A stretch of DNA of 64,000 nucleotides from an uncultured virus (IMG/VR IMGVR_UViG_3300021599_002397) (taxonomy: Duplodnaviria; Heunggongvirae; Uroviricota; Caudoviricetes): IMG/VR virus record IMGVR_UViG_3300021599_002397; one strand, 5' to 3'. Positions 41,850 to 51,541 of the stretch are shown here, one piece after another. Within the stretch, counting starts at the first letter, position 1; each line of letters opens with the position of its first letter. The notes below the pieces were generated by a model that saw only the letters and a program-made list of their open reading frames with translations, did not search any database and was not told the origin of the DNA. Both the position numbers and the translations under genes were made by a program.

Positions 41850-43736
41850 TTATTGTATTGTACCTTCAGTACTTCTTCTTCCTGTTAAAGGATCTATATT
41901 ATCGTTAACAATATCGTATATATTTTTACCATCTGTGTCGTTAGGGAATACACCTTGAGTATTAACCCAAGCATTGGTACTTTCTTTACTAGAAACAAGC
42001 TGACCTAAATACAATCTTCCATTACCTCTGTTAAACATAGATTCCCAATCACCCCTGTGTCTCTGTCTTCCAGGCTCTAAAGTTACACTAGCTTTCATTT
42101 CTGTTGGAAAATCGTCAGGTCCTAATGTGTCGTTAAATTCTATCTTTACGTTTTTACACACCAAATTTCCCATCATCGCAATAGGATTCAAAGGATTTCC
42201 TATTGTAACATGCCACTCTCCAGTTGGATAACCGCTTAGCATTAAAGGACTATAGTATATTTTTTTGAGAAATAAATCCGAGATCATTACTGACAAAGAT
42301 TTATATAGCTTAGAATCTGCAGCAACACCTTTAGTTGGATCATTACCAAACTTTTTAAGATCGTTTACTACCTGCTCCATCTCTTCTTTTACGCTTTTTT
42401 CAGCATCTAGTCTTTTATTTACTTCACCCTCAGAAAGAAGCTGTCCTATTGCTTCCCTTATGTATTGCATAGGATCTGTTATAGATTGAGCATATTTTTT
42501 TGGTCCTCCAGGGAATCCTAGACCTAAAGATGTCTGTTCTATTCTAATCTCTGGAGTTAAAAATTGTCCATAGTCCGCTCCCACAGATAATATATTAGAC
42601 ATTAAATCTAAAAACAAAAGCTTAGAATTTACTTGTCCTGCAGAATTTAATGTATAATGAAAATACAGAGTGAAGCCATTCGTTCCACCATTAAATCCTT
42701 GCTTTCTCGTATTTACCTGATTTACAGTATTTACATTAACAAATATTTTTTTAGATAATGGACCTTCCGCAGTTACTGCTTCGTCTAGAAGAGCTCTTTC
42801 TAATTTATTTAATTGTTTATCTGGATTTAAAAGTGTTTGTACAAATTTATCATAAGATTCAATCTCAGTGTCATTTATTTCGTTTCTTGATCCGCTTGTT
42901 ATAGCGGATTTTATTAAGTCACCATAAGGTGTGTTCATTAACCCCGGATCGCCAGTTTGTTCATTCTTAAGAGCCTCTTGAGTCTCCATGGTAAAATTTA
43001 AACCAGTATCTATTCCTAATATAGAATTAAGGGAATTTCCTGTTTCCCCACCAAAAAAAGTTACAATCTGAGCAACAGGTAATGAAGTATTTAATCTTGC
43101 CTCGGAATCTTGTAATTTTCCTAAAGTTGGTATGTCTTGGGATACGTATTTTACAGACTTTTGGTCTTTTTTTCCTTCTACTACAAAATCACCTCTTTTT
43201 GTCCCATTTGCTAAAATTTTAAGGGAATCTAAAACAGGATGTGCAAATCTTCTGAGTGTTATCATTCTATTATTTGGAATGATTCCATAGTATTTACAAA
43301 ATATAAAATCCTTAACATTATATATTTGTCCTCTGTAAGGGCTACTAGGATCAAGGTAAGCAGGTCCTTTAGTTCCCCTAGTAACAGCATCAATTATTTG
43401 TTTTGCTGTGGGGTTTCTAGACTCCTGCGGAGTTATTTTAGCTAATCCTGCGCTTAGCTCAGAAGTAGCATAATTAACTCTTCCATTATTTACTCCTAAT
43501 ACATAATAAGCAAAAAGACCTCTATAAACACCATCAGAAGTTGCTGCATCATAAAATAAACTCTTAGGAAGATACTTTAACTCAGAAAGTTCATATGTAG
43601 CAAACGTTTTATCAGCTGCATTGGAATATATGAATGCACTTCCTTTAAAAGTTTGTACCGCACTAACAGTTTTTCCTCCCTCCGTAAAGGTTCTCATGGA
43701 ATTAACAGCCTTTCCTACATCAGATACTCCAGTCAT
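41850..43736 (-). CDS. Putative tail-tube initiator/baseplate cap (gp48/gp54-like)
   Basis: C-terminal LVCKNVKIEF...DFPTEMKASVTL resembles tube-cap proteins; directly upstream of the gp53-like gene. Confidence 0.45.
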   Translation of the reverse strand: MTGVSDVGKAVNSMRTFTEGGKTVSAVQTFKGSAFIYSNAADKTFATYELSELKYLPKSLFYDAATSDGVYRGLFAYYVLGVNNGRVNYATSELSAGLAKITPQESRNPTAKQIIDAVTRGTKGPAYLDPSSPYRGQIYNVKDFIFCKYYGIIPNNRMITLRRFAHPVLDSLKILANGTKRGDFVVEGKKDQKSVKYVSQDIPTLGKLQDSEARLNTSLPVAQIVTFFGGETGNSLNSILGIDTGLNFTMETQEALKNEQTGDPGLMNTPYGDLIKSAITSGSRNEINDTEIESYDKFVQTLLNPDKQLNKLERALLDEAVTAEGPLSKKIFVNVNTVNQVNTRKQGFNGGTNGFTLYFHYTLNSAGQVNSKLLFLDLMSNILSVGADYGQFLTPEIRIEQTSLGLGFPGGPKKYAQSITDPMQYIREAIGQLLSEGEVNKRLDAEKSVKEEMEQVVNDLKKFGNDPTKGVAADSKLYKSLSVMISDLFLKKIYYSPLMLSGYPTGEWHVTIGNPLNPIAMMGNLVCKNVKIEFNDTLGPDDFPTEMKASVTLEPGRQRHRGDWESMFNRGNGRLYLGQLVSSKESTNAWVNTQGVFPNDTDGKNIYDIVNDNIDPLTGRRSTEGTIQ

Positions 43737-43757
43737 ATAATATATACCTATTTTTTA

Positions 43758-44081
43758 TTAGTCAACTAAAATAACGTCGCAAAATTCGTATTCTAATATT
43801 TCTAATATTTTACCTCTTAAAAGATCTATAAAAGGGTCAGTAGGGTTATCATATACTATAACTAAATTAAATCCGGATGTTAATTTTGTTTTAGAACTGC
43901 ATATTTTTTTATGTAGCCACTCCTCGAAAATATATTGTCTTATTTCGTTCATAGAGGAAGGAGTTAAGCTATTCGATTTAAACCACATATTAACATCTAT
44001 TGTATGTAGTCCAGAGCAATCCCCGTAATCGAAATTTTTTAACTTATCAGCTTTTGAGATTATAAATGATTTAACCGACAC
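43758..44081 (-). CDS. Hypothetical protein
   Basis: 107 aa ORF with GTG start, fills gap in co-oriented run. Confidence 0.6.
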   Translation of the reverse strand: MSVKSFIISKADKLKNFDYGDCSGLHTIDVNMWFKSNSLTPSSMNEIRQYIFEEWLHKKICSSKTKLTSGFNLVIVYDNPTDPFIDLLRGKILEILEYEFCDVILVD

Positions 44082-44087
44082 TATAAA

Positions 44088-44255
44088 TCAATTATCTTTT
44101 TTTCTATTTCTTTGCTCTGTAAGATTTCTTAAATGAATAAGATTTCCCATAGCTTTAGATCTTTCTCTAACTTCTTCTGCATTTGAAGATTTCTTTCCCA
44201 GAAGACCATTTTGTTTAGCGATCTTTCTTCTTTCTTTTCTATTCGGTAGATTCAT
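44088..44255 (-). CDS. Small basic protein, 55 aa (not in ORF track)
   Basis: MNLPNRKERRKIAKQNGLLGKKSSNAEEVRERSKAMGNLIHLRNLTEQRNRKKDN*; overlaps the NUDIX stop and fills the gap. Confidence 0.7.
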   Translation of the reverse strand: MNLPNRKERRKIAKQNGLLGKKSSNAEEVRERSKAMGNLIHLRNLTEQRNRKKDN

Positions 44256-44802
44256 TCTCTTCTTCTTTTTGGTTAAAAATATCTTTAAATGTTTTTATAA
44301 ATAAAGTACTAACTAAGCTATCCTCTAGATTTAGAGCTTCATCTACGCTAACTAATTCGAATTTACTGTCTTTCTCTGACTTAGATCCATCAGTTTCTTT
44401 ATCTCCTGATACCATACCTGTTATATTAACAGCAAAACATGGATTAGAGTTTAATACCATTTTAGATGTGTAAAGACTTCCTAAGAATTTCCATCTTTTA
44501 AGATCCTCTACTAAAAATCCAGACTCCTCACTCATTTCTCTAACTGCAGTTTGATATATGTTGTCGTCTTTATCTTCCTGTGATCCAGTTATTAAAGTTT
44601 TTGCCATCCCTCCAGGTCTTTGATCTAATACCTCTGATATTATACCTATCTTATTAGGAAGGCCTTCATCATTAAGAGTATAAGGCATTATAATAACGCC
44701 CGGATTTATTTGTCTGACAAAAAGGTGTCCGTCTATTTCAACGACCTCCCTATTCTTCGTCTTTTGTATTACTACTTGTTCCGCTTTTTCGTAAAGTTCC
44801 AT
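44239..44802 (-). CDS. NUDIX hydrolase
   Basis: Nudix box GSQEDKDDNIYQTAVREMSEESGF. Confidence 0.85.
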   Translation of the reverse strand: MELYEKAEQVVIQKTKNREVVEIDGHLFVRQINPGVIIMPYTLNDEGLPNKIGIISEVLDQRPGGMAKTLITGSQEDKDDNIYQTAVREMSEESGFLVEDLKRWKFLGSLYTSKMVLNSNPCFAVNITGMVSGDKETDGSKSEKDSKFELVSVDEALNLEDSLVSTLFIKTFKDIFNQKEEENESTE

Positions 44803-45373
44803 TCGATTTATATATATCTTTTATATTTATCCTTAGACTTTCTTTTATTATTTCAATATCCAAATCCCTAACAACAAATTCTATTATTTCATCTTCCGCA
44901 TCTTCAAATGAAGAGTTAAGAACATTGTATAGATTTTTTGTTGGTAAATTGAGTTTTAAATTTATACCAACCTCAACCCAATTAGGTTTTTGTTTTTCTA
45001 AAAGAGAAACTATAGGATTATCAGAAACTTTGATCTTTGTCTTTCCTTCAGATAGCATAACATTTTTAACAGGGACCTGATGTTCTATTACTGGAGCAGA
45101 TTGCACAATAGAAGAAGAATCTATCTGCATCATATATTCATTCACCAATGAGTAATTTATTCTAGTACCACCTTTAAAATTTATCCAAACTATACCGGTC
45201 GTAGGGTCCTTAAAAATACTCTCATATTCACAAACGTTTCCAGCATTATCGCCCTTTGTCCATTTATAAAGAAAAGGCTTGAGTTCTCTATCAAGGATTT
45301 CTACATCAATTTCTTCAATGTTTTCCATGTTATTATTTTTTCTTTTGATTAGTTTTTTTAGGAGATTCCACAT
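44750..45373 (-). CDS. Hypothetical protein
   Basis: 207 aa ORF; true start may be the internal MENIEE. Confidence 0.7.
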   Translation of the reverse strand: MWNLLKKLIKRKNNNMENIEEIDVEILDRELKPFLYKWTKGDNAGNVCEYESIFKDPTTGIVWINFKGGTRINYSLVNEYMMQIDSSSIVQSAPVIEHQVPVKNVMLSEGKTKIKVSDNPIVSLLEKQKPNWVEVGINLKLNLPTKNLYNVLNSSFEDAEDEIIEFVVRDLDIEIIKESLRINIKDIYKSNGTLRKSGTSSNTKDEE

Positions 45374-45593
45374 CTTCCACTATTTTTATATTTATAAATC
45401 CTTCCTTTTTTATGGAAGAGATCCAGGCTTCTAGGTCTTTCTCAATTATCCATGTGTCTTCGTATCTTGTACTCCCTGTGCTATTTACTATGAGTATATT
45501 ATCCATATGAGAGGCTTTATGTCTTGTTATTTCTACTAAAGCTTTACCTTTTTCTTTAGAAAATACCATCTTATAGCCTTTCTCTATGCTCAT
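45333..45593 (-). CDS. Hypothetical protein
   Basis: 86 aa ORF in co-oriented run. Confidence 0.65.
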   Translation of the reverse strand: MSIEKGYKMVFSKEKGKALVEITRHKASHMDNILIVNSTGSTRYEDTWIIEKDLEAWISSIKKEGFINIKIVEDVESPKKTNQKKK

Positions 45594-45631
45594 AATATTT
45601 TATAGAATTTTTATCATAAATAATTTCAAAA

Positions 45632-46276
45632 TTAAACTGTTTTATAAATAGGGTAATTTTTTTCAAATTCTTCAGGGGTTACTAGATCTAATATCTCATT
45701 TCTGTTTTCGTGAAAAAATTCCCAAGAAATTGCATCATTAGGAAAGGCATTTATTGTTTCACTCAACTCTCTAGTTAATATACCAACTCCCCAATCAGTG
45801 TTAACTGTTACTAATTTTAAATTGTTTTTATAAAGTCTTAGCTTTATTAAAGAAAGATATACTGTACCGTTCCATTCGCCGTTAGCAGGAGCAGTAAAAA
45901 CTGGCGATTCCGCAGCGTGATATCTAGTAGGTGGATTACAGTCATGTAAAAGTATAGTACCTCCCTCTGCTAAATGATTTAAAGAATTCTCAATATCTTT
46001 ATCTACCTGGTGATCTAAATGAAGTCCATCTATAAAAATAATATCAAATTTATGGTCAGAATCTAATGATTCAAAGAAAGAATCTGAAGTCATTATATGC
46101 GTTGTATGAAAAGAAACTGGAGCAGGATCAACCCCTATTTTGTTTTCACAACATATTTCTTTGAAGCATTGACCATCTCTTACCCCTATTTCGAGATAAT
46201 TCTTATATCCCTTATTTTCTATAATTCTGTTTATTATATCGTATCTAGTCATAATTAAATTTTTTATAAGTTCCAT
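45632..46276 (-). CDS. Class I SAM-dependent methyltransferase (Methyltransf_24-like)
   Basis: YLEIGV, GVDP, FDIIFIDGLH, GGTILLHDC. Confidence 0.9.
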   Translation of the reverse strand: MELIKNLIMTRYDIINRIIENKGYKNYLEIGVRDGQCFKEICCENKIGVDPAPVSFHTTHIMTSDSFFESLDSDHKFDIIFIDGLHLDHQVDKDIENSLNHLAEGGTILLHDCNPPTRYHAAESPVFTAPANGEWNGTVYLSLIKLRLYKNNLKLVTVNTDWGVGILTRELSETINAFPNDAISWEFFHENRNEILDLVTPEEFEKNYPIYKTV

Positions 46277-46974
46277 TTTTCTTTAAATAGTGGATAAGAT
46301 CCGCTAGTCATCTTATACATCTGATCATAATCTTTAACTACCCTTTCTGTTGTTTTACCTATGTTGTTATCGTGGTGTATAACAACAGAATTAGTAACTA
46401 ATACGTGTTTTATGTTATTCGTAAACAACTCCATAGAATAATCATTGTCACAATACCAGTGCTGAAATCTTTCATCCAAATCTCCTATCCTTTCGTAAAT
46501 TTCCCTTTTTTGTATTATACACCATCCAGAAATTTGTTTTCTTATTTCATATCCTTCAATAAGACCCATGTTTTCATTTATTCCATAAAGAGTCTGTGTC
46601 ATAGGACATAAGGGAGAAAAAGAAAGAGCTTCAGGTACTGTTGAAGATGCTTCAAGTATTCTACTAAACCAGTCTTTTGTAAATTCAAGGTCATTATTAC
46701 ACAGAGCAACCCATGGTGAATTTCCTTTCTTTCTACCAAAGTTTAAAAACTTGTGATATCCGTAAGGAAGAGGGGATTCATATGTTTTTACATTTATTGA
46801 CATCCAATCCCAGTTAACACCTGGCTCGGATTCAACTACTATTATATTAAAATCATCTACTGCATTATCTTCAGAATATAATAAGGAAAAAATACAATTC
46901 TTTGTTAGCTCCTTACAATAGTCGTCTTTTGCGTAGCTAACTATAACTATATCTAATAATTTATCTTGCATCAT
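46264..46974 (-). CDS. Glycosyltransferase family 2
   Basis: DIVIVSY, IIVVES, LNFG, LCNND, GDLDERF..WYCDND. Confidence 0.85.
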   Translation of the reverse strand: MMQDKLLDIVIVSYAKDDYCKELTKNCIFSLLYSEDNAVDDFNIIVVESEPGVNWDWMSINVKTYESPLPYGYHKFLNFGRKKGNSPWVALCNNDLEFTKDWFSRILEASSTVPEALSFSPLCPMTQTLYGINENMGLIEGYEIRKQISGWCIIQKREIYERIGDLDERFQHWYCDNDYSMELFTNNIKHVLVTNSVVIHHDNNIGKTTERVVKDYDQMYKMTSGSYPLFKEKWNL

Positions 46975-47638
46975 AAATCTTTCTAGCTTTACCTATTATA
47001 CTTTCTAGATTTGAAAGTTCTAGCATATTTTCACCATTAGGCCTCTGTAAACTGTGTGTACAATCCATTATTATTTTAGATCTTGTACACGATTTCTTTA
47101 ATCTTGATATAGAAGTGGCATCTACTATTAAATCATTGTAACCAAAGCTATTACCTCTTTCTCCTATTAATAGCTCCTTCCCTCCTGATTTATAAAATTT
47201 ATCTTCTATAAATTTACACGATTCAGGGGAAAGAAATTGTCCCTTTTTAATAAGTACAGGTAGACCTGTTTTAGCACACTCTTCTATTAAATCAGTTTGT
47301 CTACAAAGGAAAGCAGGTATCTGTAAATAATCAACAACAGAAGCTACTTTTTCAACATGATGTGTCTCGTGTACATCTGTTATTATCTGCATATTTAATC
47401 TAGAATTTATTTTTTTTAAAATTTCTAGACCTTTATCTATACCAATTCCTCTAAATCCCCCTGATGATGTTCTATTGGCTTTATCAAAACTCGCTTTAAA
47501 TATAGTATGATAGTTATGTAGTAATCCACATCTCCTAACTTCAGTAGCAATCTCAAAGCAAGTGTCCCAGCTTTGTATAACGCAAGGACCTCCTATAAGA
47601 ATTCTAGTTTTTTGATCTTTGACCGAGATATCCTCCAT
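46961..47638 (-). CDS. kdsA: KDO-8-phosphate synthase homolog with an internal C-terminal deletion (possible pseudogene)
   Basis: GPCVIQ, FKASFDKANRTS, QIPAFLCRQTDL, KKGQFL, ERGNSFGY, DCTHSLQRP; only 225 aa. Confidence 0.9.
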   Translation of the reverse strand: MEDISVKDQKTRILIGGPCVIQSWDTCFEIATEVRRCGLLHNYHTIFKASFDKANRTSSGGFRGIGIDKGLEILKKINSRLNMQIITDVHETHHVEKVASVVDYLQIPAFLCRQTDLIEECAKTGLPVLIKKGQFLSPESCKFIEDKFYKSGGKELLIGERGNSFGYNDLIVDATSISRLKKSCTRSKIIMDCTHSLQRPNGENMLELSNLESIIGKARKIYDAR

Positions 47639-48179
47639 GATGTAATTTTGAGTATTCTTTTTTGGTAAAATTCTTATCCATTAATCCAATAACTATTAAA
47701 TCAGATATCACAGACATACAAGTTTTAGAAGTTGTTGGAGTTAATCCCATAGGACATATCTCCTCAACAGGACCAAATTCAATATAGTCTGCACATTTTA
47801 TAGAGATATCTTCGGTTTTGGTTCCGACTATAGCATATATGTAATTACCATACTCTAAATTATGTACAAGATCAATAAGTTCTAAAACCTCCCTAGTTTT
47901 ACCTGAATTACTAAAAACTATAATTACGTCACCTGGTTGAACTATTCCCAAATCACCGTGCTGGGCTTCAGATGGATGTAAGAAAAAAGAAGGTGTTCCT
48001 GTTGAGGATAAAGTAGTGGCAAAGGTATGTGCGATATGTCCAGCTTTTCCCATACCAGAAGTTATTATTCTTCCGTGACCGATATACCTTCTTATCTGAG
48101 AAACTAAATTACTTACTCTCTGTATTGGTATTTTTTTTAGAGCTTCTATCTCTTTCTCTATTAATAATTTATAATCCAT
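47604..48179 (-). CDS. kdsD: Arabinose-5-phosphate isomerase, SIS-domain only (KdsD/KpsF family)
   Basis: GMGKAGHIA, STGTPSFFLHPSEAQHGDLG, SNSGKT, PTTS, HHGGYLG; no CBS domains. Confidence 0.88.
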   Translation of the reverse strand: MDYKLLIEKEIEALKKIPIQRVSNLVSQIRRYIGHGRIITSGMGKAGHIAHTFATTLSSTGTPSFFLHPSEAQHGDLGIVQPGDVIIVFSNSGKTREVLELIDLVHNLEYGNYIYAIVGTKTEDISIKCADYIEFGPVEEICPMGLTPTTSKTCMSVISDLIVIGLMDKNFTKKEYSKLHHGGYLGQRSKN

Positions 48180-49191
48180 AGGATTTTATTTTATCTTCTA
48201 TCATTTCATCTATTATATGAGAAAGAGAAAGTTTTGGTTCCCATCCTAATACTTTTTTAGCATCGCTAGCATCTCCTATTAATAAATCAACCTCAGATGG
48301 TCTAAAATATTTGCTATCTACTTCTATTATTTTTTTACCAGTTTCTTTTACTACACCAATTTCTTCAACGCCTTCTCCAATGAATTCAATTTCCATATCT
48401 AATTTAATTGATGTCATTTCTACAATTTCTCTTATTGTATAAGAAACCCCAGTAGCTAAAACAAAATCCCTAGGAGTTTCTTGCTGTAGCATTCTCCACA
48501 TACCCTCAACATATTCTTTGGCGTGTCCTATGTCTCTTGAAGAATTTAGATTACCCAATTTTAAAATATCAGATTTACCAAGTTTAATATCTACTAATCC
48601 ATCAACTATTTTCTTCTCTACAAAATTTTCACCTCTTCTAGGAGATGTATGATTGAAAAGAATACCATTACAAGCAAATATATCGTATGCTTCCCTATAG
48701 TTTTTTATTATCCAAAATCCATAAAGCTTAGCAACTCCATAAGGACTTCTTGGGTAAAATGGAGTTCTCTCTGTTTGTGGTGTTTCTTGAACCATTCCAT
48801 ATAACTCCGAAGTTGAAGCCTGATAAAGTTTAGTATGTGGAGAATGAGTTCTTATAGATTCCAATACATTCAAAGTACCTATTGCATCTACTTGACCAGT
48901 ATAATAAGGAATTTCAAAAGAAATCTTAACGTGGCTCTGTGCAGCTAGATTATAAAACTCGTCTGGCTTAATACTAGAAATTAGATTACTAATAGAAACT
49001 GGATCAGTTACGTCCGCATAGTGCCATTTAAATCTATCGTTATTTCGGAGATGGTCTATTCTCCAAGTATTAAAAGATGATGATCTTCTTATTGTACCAT
49101 GTACTTCATATCCTTTATTAAGAAGTAGTTCAGCTAAATAGGATCCATCTTGTCCATTAACTCCTGTTATAATCGCTTTTCTAATCGACAT
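48169..49191 (-). CDS. gmd: GDP-mannose 4,6-dehydratase
   Basis: ITGVNGQDGSYLAE, YNLAAQSHV, QASTSELYG, PRSPYGVAK, GILFNH, RPSEVDLL. Confidence 0.97.
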   Translation of the reverse strand: MSIRKAIITGVNGQDGSYLAELLLNKGYEVHGTIRRSSSFNTWRIDHLRNNDRFKWHYADVTDPVSISNLISSIKPDEFYNLAAQSHVKISFEIPYYTGQVDAIGTLNVLESIRTHSPHTKLYQASTSELYGMVQETPQTERTPFYPRSPYGVAKLYGFWIIKNYREAYDIFACNGILFNHTSPRRGENFVEKKIVDGLVDIKLGKSDILKLGNLNSSRDIGHAKEYVEGMWRMLQQETPRDFVLATGVSYTIREIVEMTSIKLDMEIEFIGEGVEEIGVVKETGKKIIEVDSKYFRPSEVDLLIGDASDAKKVLGWEPKLSLSHIIDEMIEDKIKSYGL

Positions 49192-50114
49192 ATTGTATTT
49201 TTATAATATTCGTAAGTTTTTTTAATCCCCTCTTCTATTGTATGAGAAGGTCTCCATCCTGTTTCAAAAATTTTAGAAACATCCATAACTTTTCTGTATG
49301 TACCATCAGGATATTTGTAATTAAATTTTATTTTTCCCTTGTACCCTACCACTTCAGATATTAATAAAGAAAGATCAGATATTGAAATATCATTTCCCGA
49401 TCCTACATTTATAATATCTTCAGATGAATAATTCTCAGATAAATGAATTAATGCTTCGGCTAAATCGTCAACATATAAAAATTCCCTCATAGGTTTTCCT
49501 GTTCCCCATACCTCAACATAACTTGAATCTGCTTCTTTTGCTTCGTGAAATTTTCTAATTAGAGCAGGAAGAACATGACTTGAATCGAGATTAAAATTAT
49601 CTCCAGGCCCATATAAATTACAAGGCATTACAGATATGTAATCATCCCCGTATTGTTGTCTATAAGACTGACACATTTTAATTCCAGAAATCTTGGCTAT
49701 TGCATAGGCATCGTTGGTTGTCTCTAAATGTCCTGTCATAAGATATTCCTCCTTGATAGGAATTTCGGAATTTTTAGGATATATGCAGGAGGATCCAAGA
49801 AAAACTAATTTATCCACTTTGGACAAGTGACAGGCTTCTATAACATTTGTCTGTATTTTAAGATTGGTAGTTATAAAATCAGCCTTATAATCATTATTAG
49901 CTTTTATTCCCCCAACCTTTGCAGCGCACATAAATACAAGATCTGGCTTATTCTTTATGAAATATCCTATTACTTGTTCTCTGTTCTCAAGATCTAAATT
50001 ATATCTTTTAGGAGCAAGAATAACAGCACCCGGATATTTTTCCAGGTATTTCCTATATAAATTAGATCCAACTAAACCTGTTGATCCTAAAATACAAACT
50101 CTTTGATATTTCAT
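49167..50114 (-). CDS. fcl: GDP-L-fucose synthase (C-terminal part of the 556-aa ORF; probable internal ATG at 50114)
   Basis: GSTGLVGS, AAKVGGI, FLGSSCIYPK, YAIAK, MPCNLYGPGDNF, SHVLPAL, WGTGKPMREFLYVDD. Confidence 0.93.
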   Translation of the reverse strand: MKYQRVCILGSTGLVGSNLYRKYLEKYPGAVILAPKRYNLDLENREQVIGYFIKNKPDLVFMCAAKVGGIKANNDYKADFITTNLKIQTNVIEACHLSKVDKLVFLGSSCIYPKNSEIPIKEEYLMTGHLETTNDAYAIAKISGIKMCQSYRQQYGDDYISVMPCNLYGPGDNFNLDSSHVLPALIRKFHEAKEADSSYVEVWGTGKPMREFLYVDDLAEALIHLSENYSSEDIINVGSGNDISISDLSLLISEVVGYKGKIKFNYKYPDGTYRKVMDVSKIFETGWRPSHTIEEGIKKTYEYYKNTICRLEKRL

Positions 50115-50837
50115 ATTATTTTTTTTATTATTTACATGATTCCATAAATTGTAAGAGTCATAACCCTCTAAATGTTCCTCTAGTTCTTTAGTATTATGAT
50201 ATTTAATCAAAGGATCAAGAGCTTGGCTGTAATGGTATCCAAATTCTTCTAGTTTATCATATAATTTTTCCAAATAAATCTTAGATTTCTCTGGTTGTTT
50301 ACATCTTAACCAAGACACTATATAGCCAATTTTATCTTGATAGCAGTCCATATCTATAAAAAGTTTTTCTGTGTTTAAACAGTCTATAAAATTTTTAAAG
50401 ATTATTGTTTCGTCACCTGAGTATAGCCCGAGAAAAAATTTTCCGCTTATTCGCCATTTATGCCATTCATTGTTTTCGAAAAAATATATGCTATCTGATA
50501 AATTTTTTTCTAATTCTTTGGTATATCCCTCAGTTTCAAATATTCTATGAGATATTAATTGTAGTATACATGCACTTTCATTACAAGGGAAATCATTATA
50601 TAGGGATTTAAAAAATTCCTTATATTTTTTATAGTCATGAGTATAACATAAATGTAAGAATATTTTAATATCTAAATTTAGAAGGTAAGGATATCCCTCT
50701 GAGTATCCCTTTATTAAAATAATACAATATTTCGTATCATATTTTAGAAATCCTTCAAATAGATATAATACCTCCTTATTTATTTCTAAATCCCCATGTT
50801 TAGGTACGGATATTATATCTCCTATTTTATATTCCAT
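50115..50837 (-). CDS. Unknown helical domain (about 241 aa) fused in frame upstream of fcl
   Basis: No stop between it and the Fcl domain in the 49167..50837 ORF. Confidence 0.55.
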
Positions 50838-50839
50838 TA

Positions 50840-51541
50840 TTATATGGGGTGCTGTAATAATATTGCATTTCCTGGTTCCTTGTAGTGTCTATACCATTCC
50901 AATCTTTCAGACTCTCCTATCCAGTTTCTCATTCCCATTTTCCACATTAATACAGACATAACAGTTTGATCGTGTCTGTGTCCATTTACTCTAGGATCTA
51001 TTGATGCCTCACCATCGTGGTTGTGCCAAGGTGCAGTAAAAGCTGTTCCTTCCTCTGCTAATCTTAAATATTCTTTAAAAAATTCAGAATGCTTTTTTAA
51101 ATTCAATCCAAATAAAGTAGCATAGGCATGTGGTATTTTGTAGGATTCTTCTCTAGTTATTCCTAATGGTTCTAAAGCGACATCTGCACACCATTCTCCT
51201 GAAGTAACAGATGCTTGTTGACCATATTGGAAAACAAAATATCCATTATTGTCTATGTAATCAAATATAGGAGTAACATCCTTAGCTGCATAAACAGCAG
51301 CATCTATCCAAAGTATAGATTCATAACCAAGATTTAATGCCTTTTTTATCATTCCAGCTTTAAAGCCGTAGTTTATTTCAGCGTGGGATTTAAAAGGAAT
51401 ATCTTCCACATTAGTCTCAGTTAATAAACCACCTCTATATCCTACTGTTTTTAATGAATCTATTAATCTATCCTGCCCTCTAACATATCGATCATTAGAA
51501 AAATTTAAAATACATCTTTTACTCATACTATTTTTTTTCAA
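50840..51541 (-). CDS. Putative GT-A-fold glycosyltransferase-like protein
   Basis: FK...IKKA...ILWIDAA and HRHDQT motifs. Confidence 0.65.
   Translation of the reverse strand: MKKNSMSKRCILNFSNDRYVRGQDRLIDSLKTVGYRGGLLTETNVEDIPFKSHAEINYGFKAGMIKKALNLGYESILWIDAAVYAAKDVTPIFDYIDNNGYFVFQYGQQASVTSGEWCADVALEPLGITREESYKIPHAYATLFGLNLKKHSEFFKEYLRLAEEGTAFTAPWHNHDGEASIDPRVNGHRHDQTVMSVLMWKMGMRNWIGESERLEWYRHYKEPGNAILLQHPI

Noticed and set aside
25425..43736. Bacterial T6SS or extracellular contractile injection system
   Set aside because: The gp13-like neck protein, giant phage-type structural genes, PhoH and the overall organisation indicate a phage; no T6SS membrane complex or eCIS ATPase is seen
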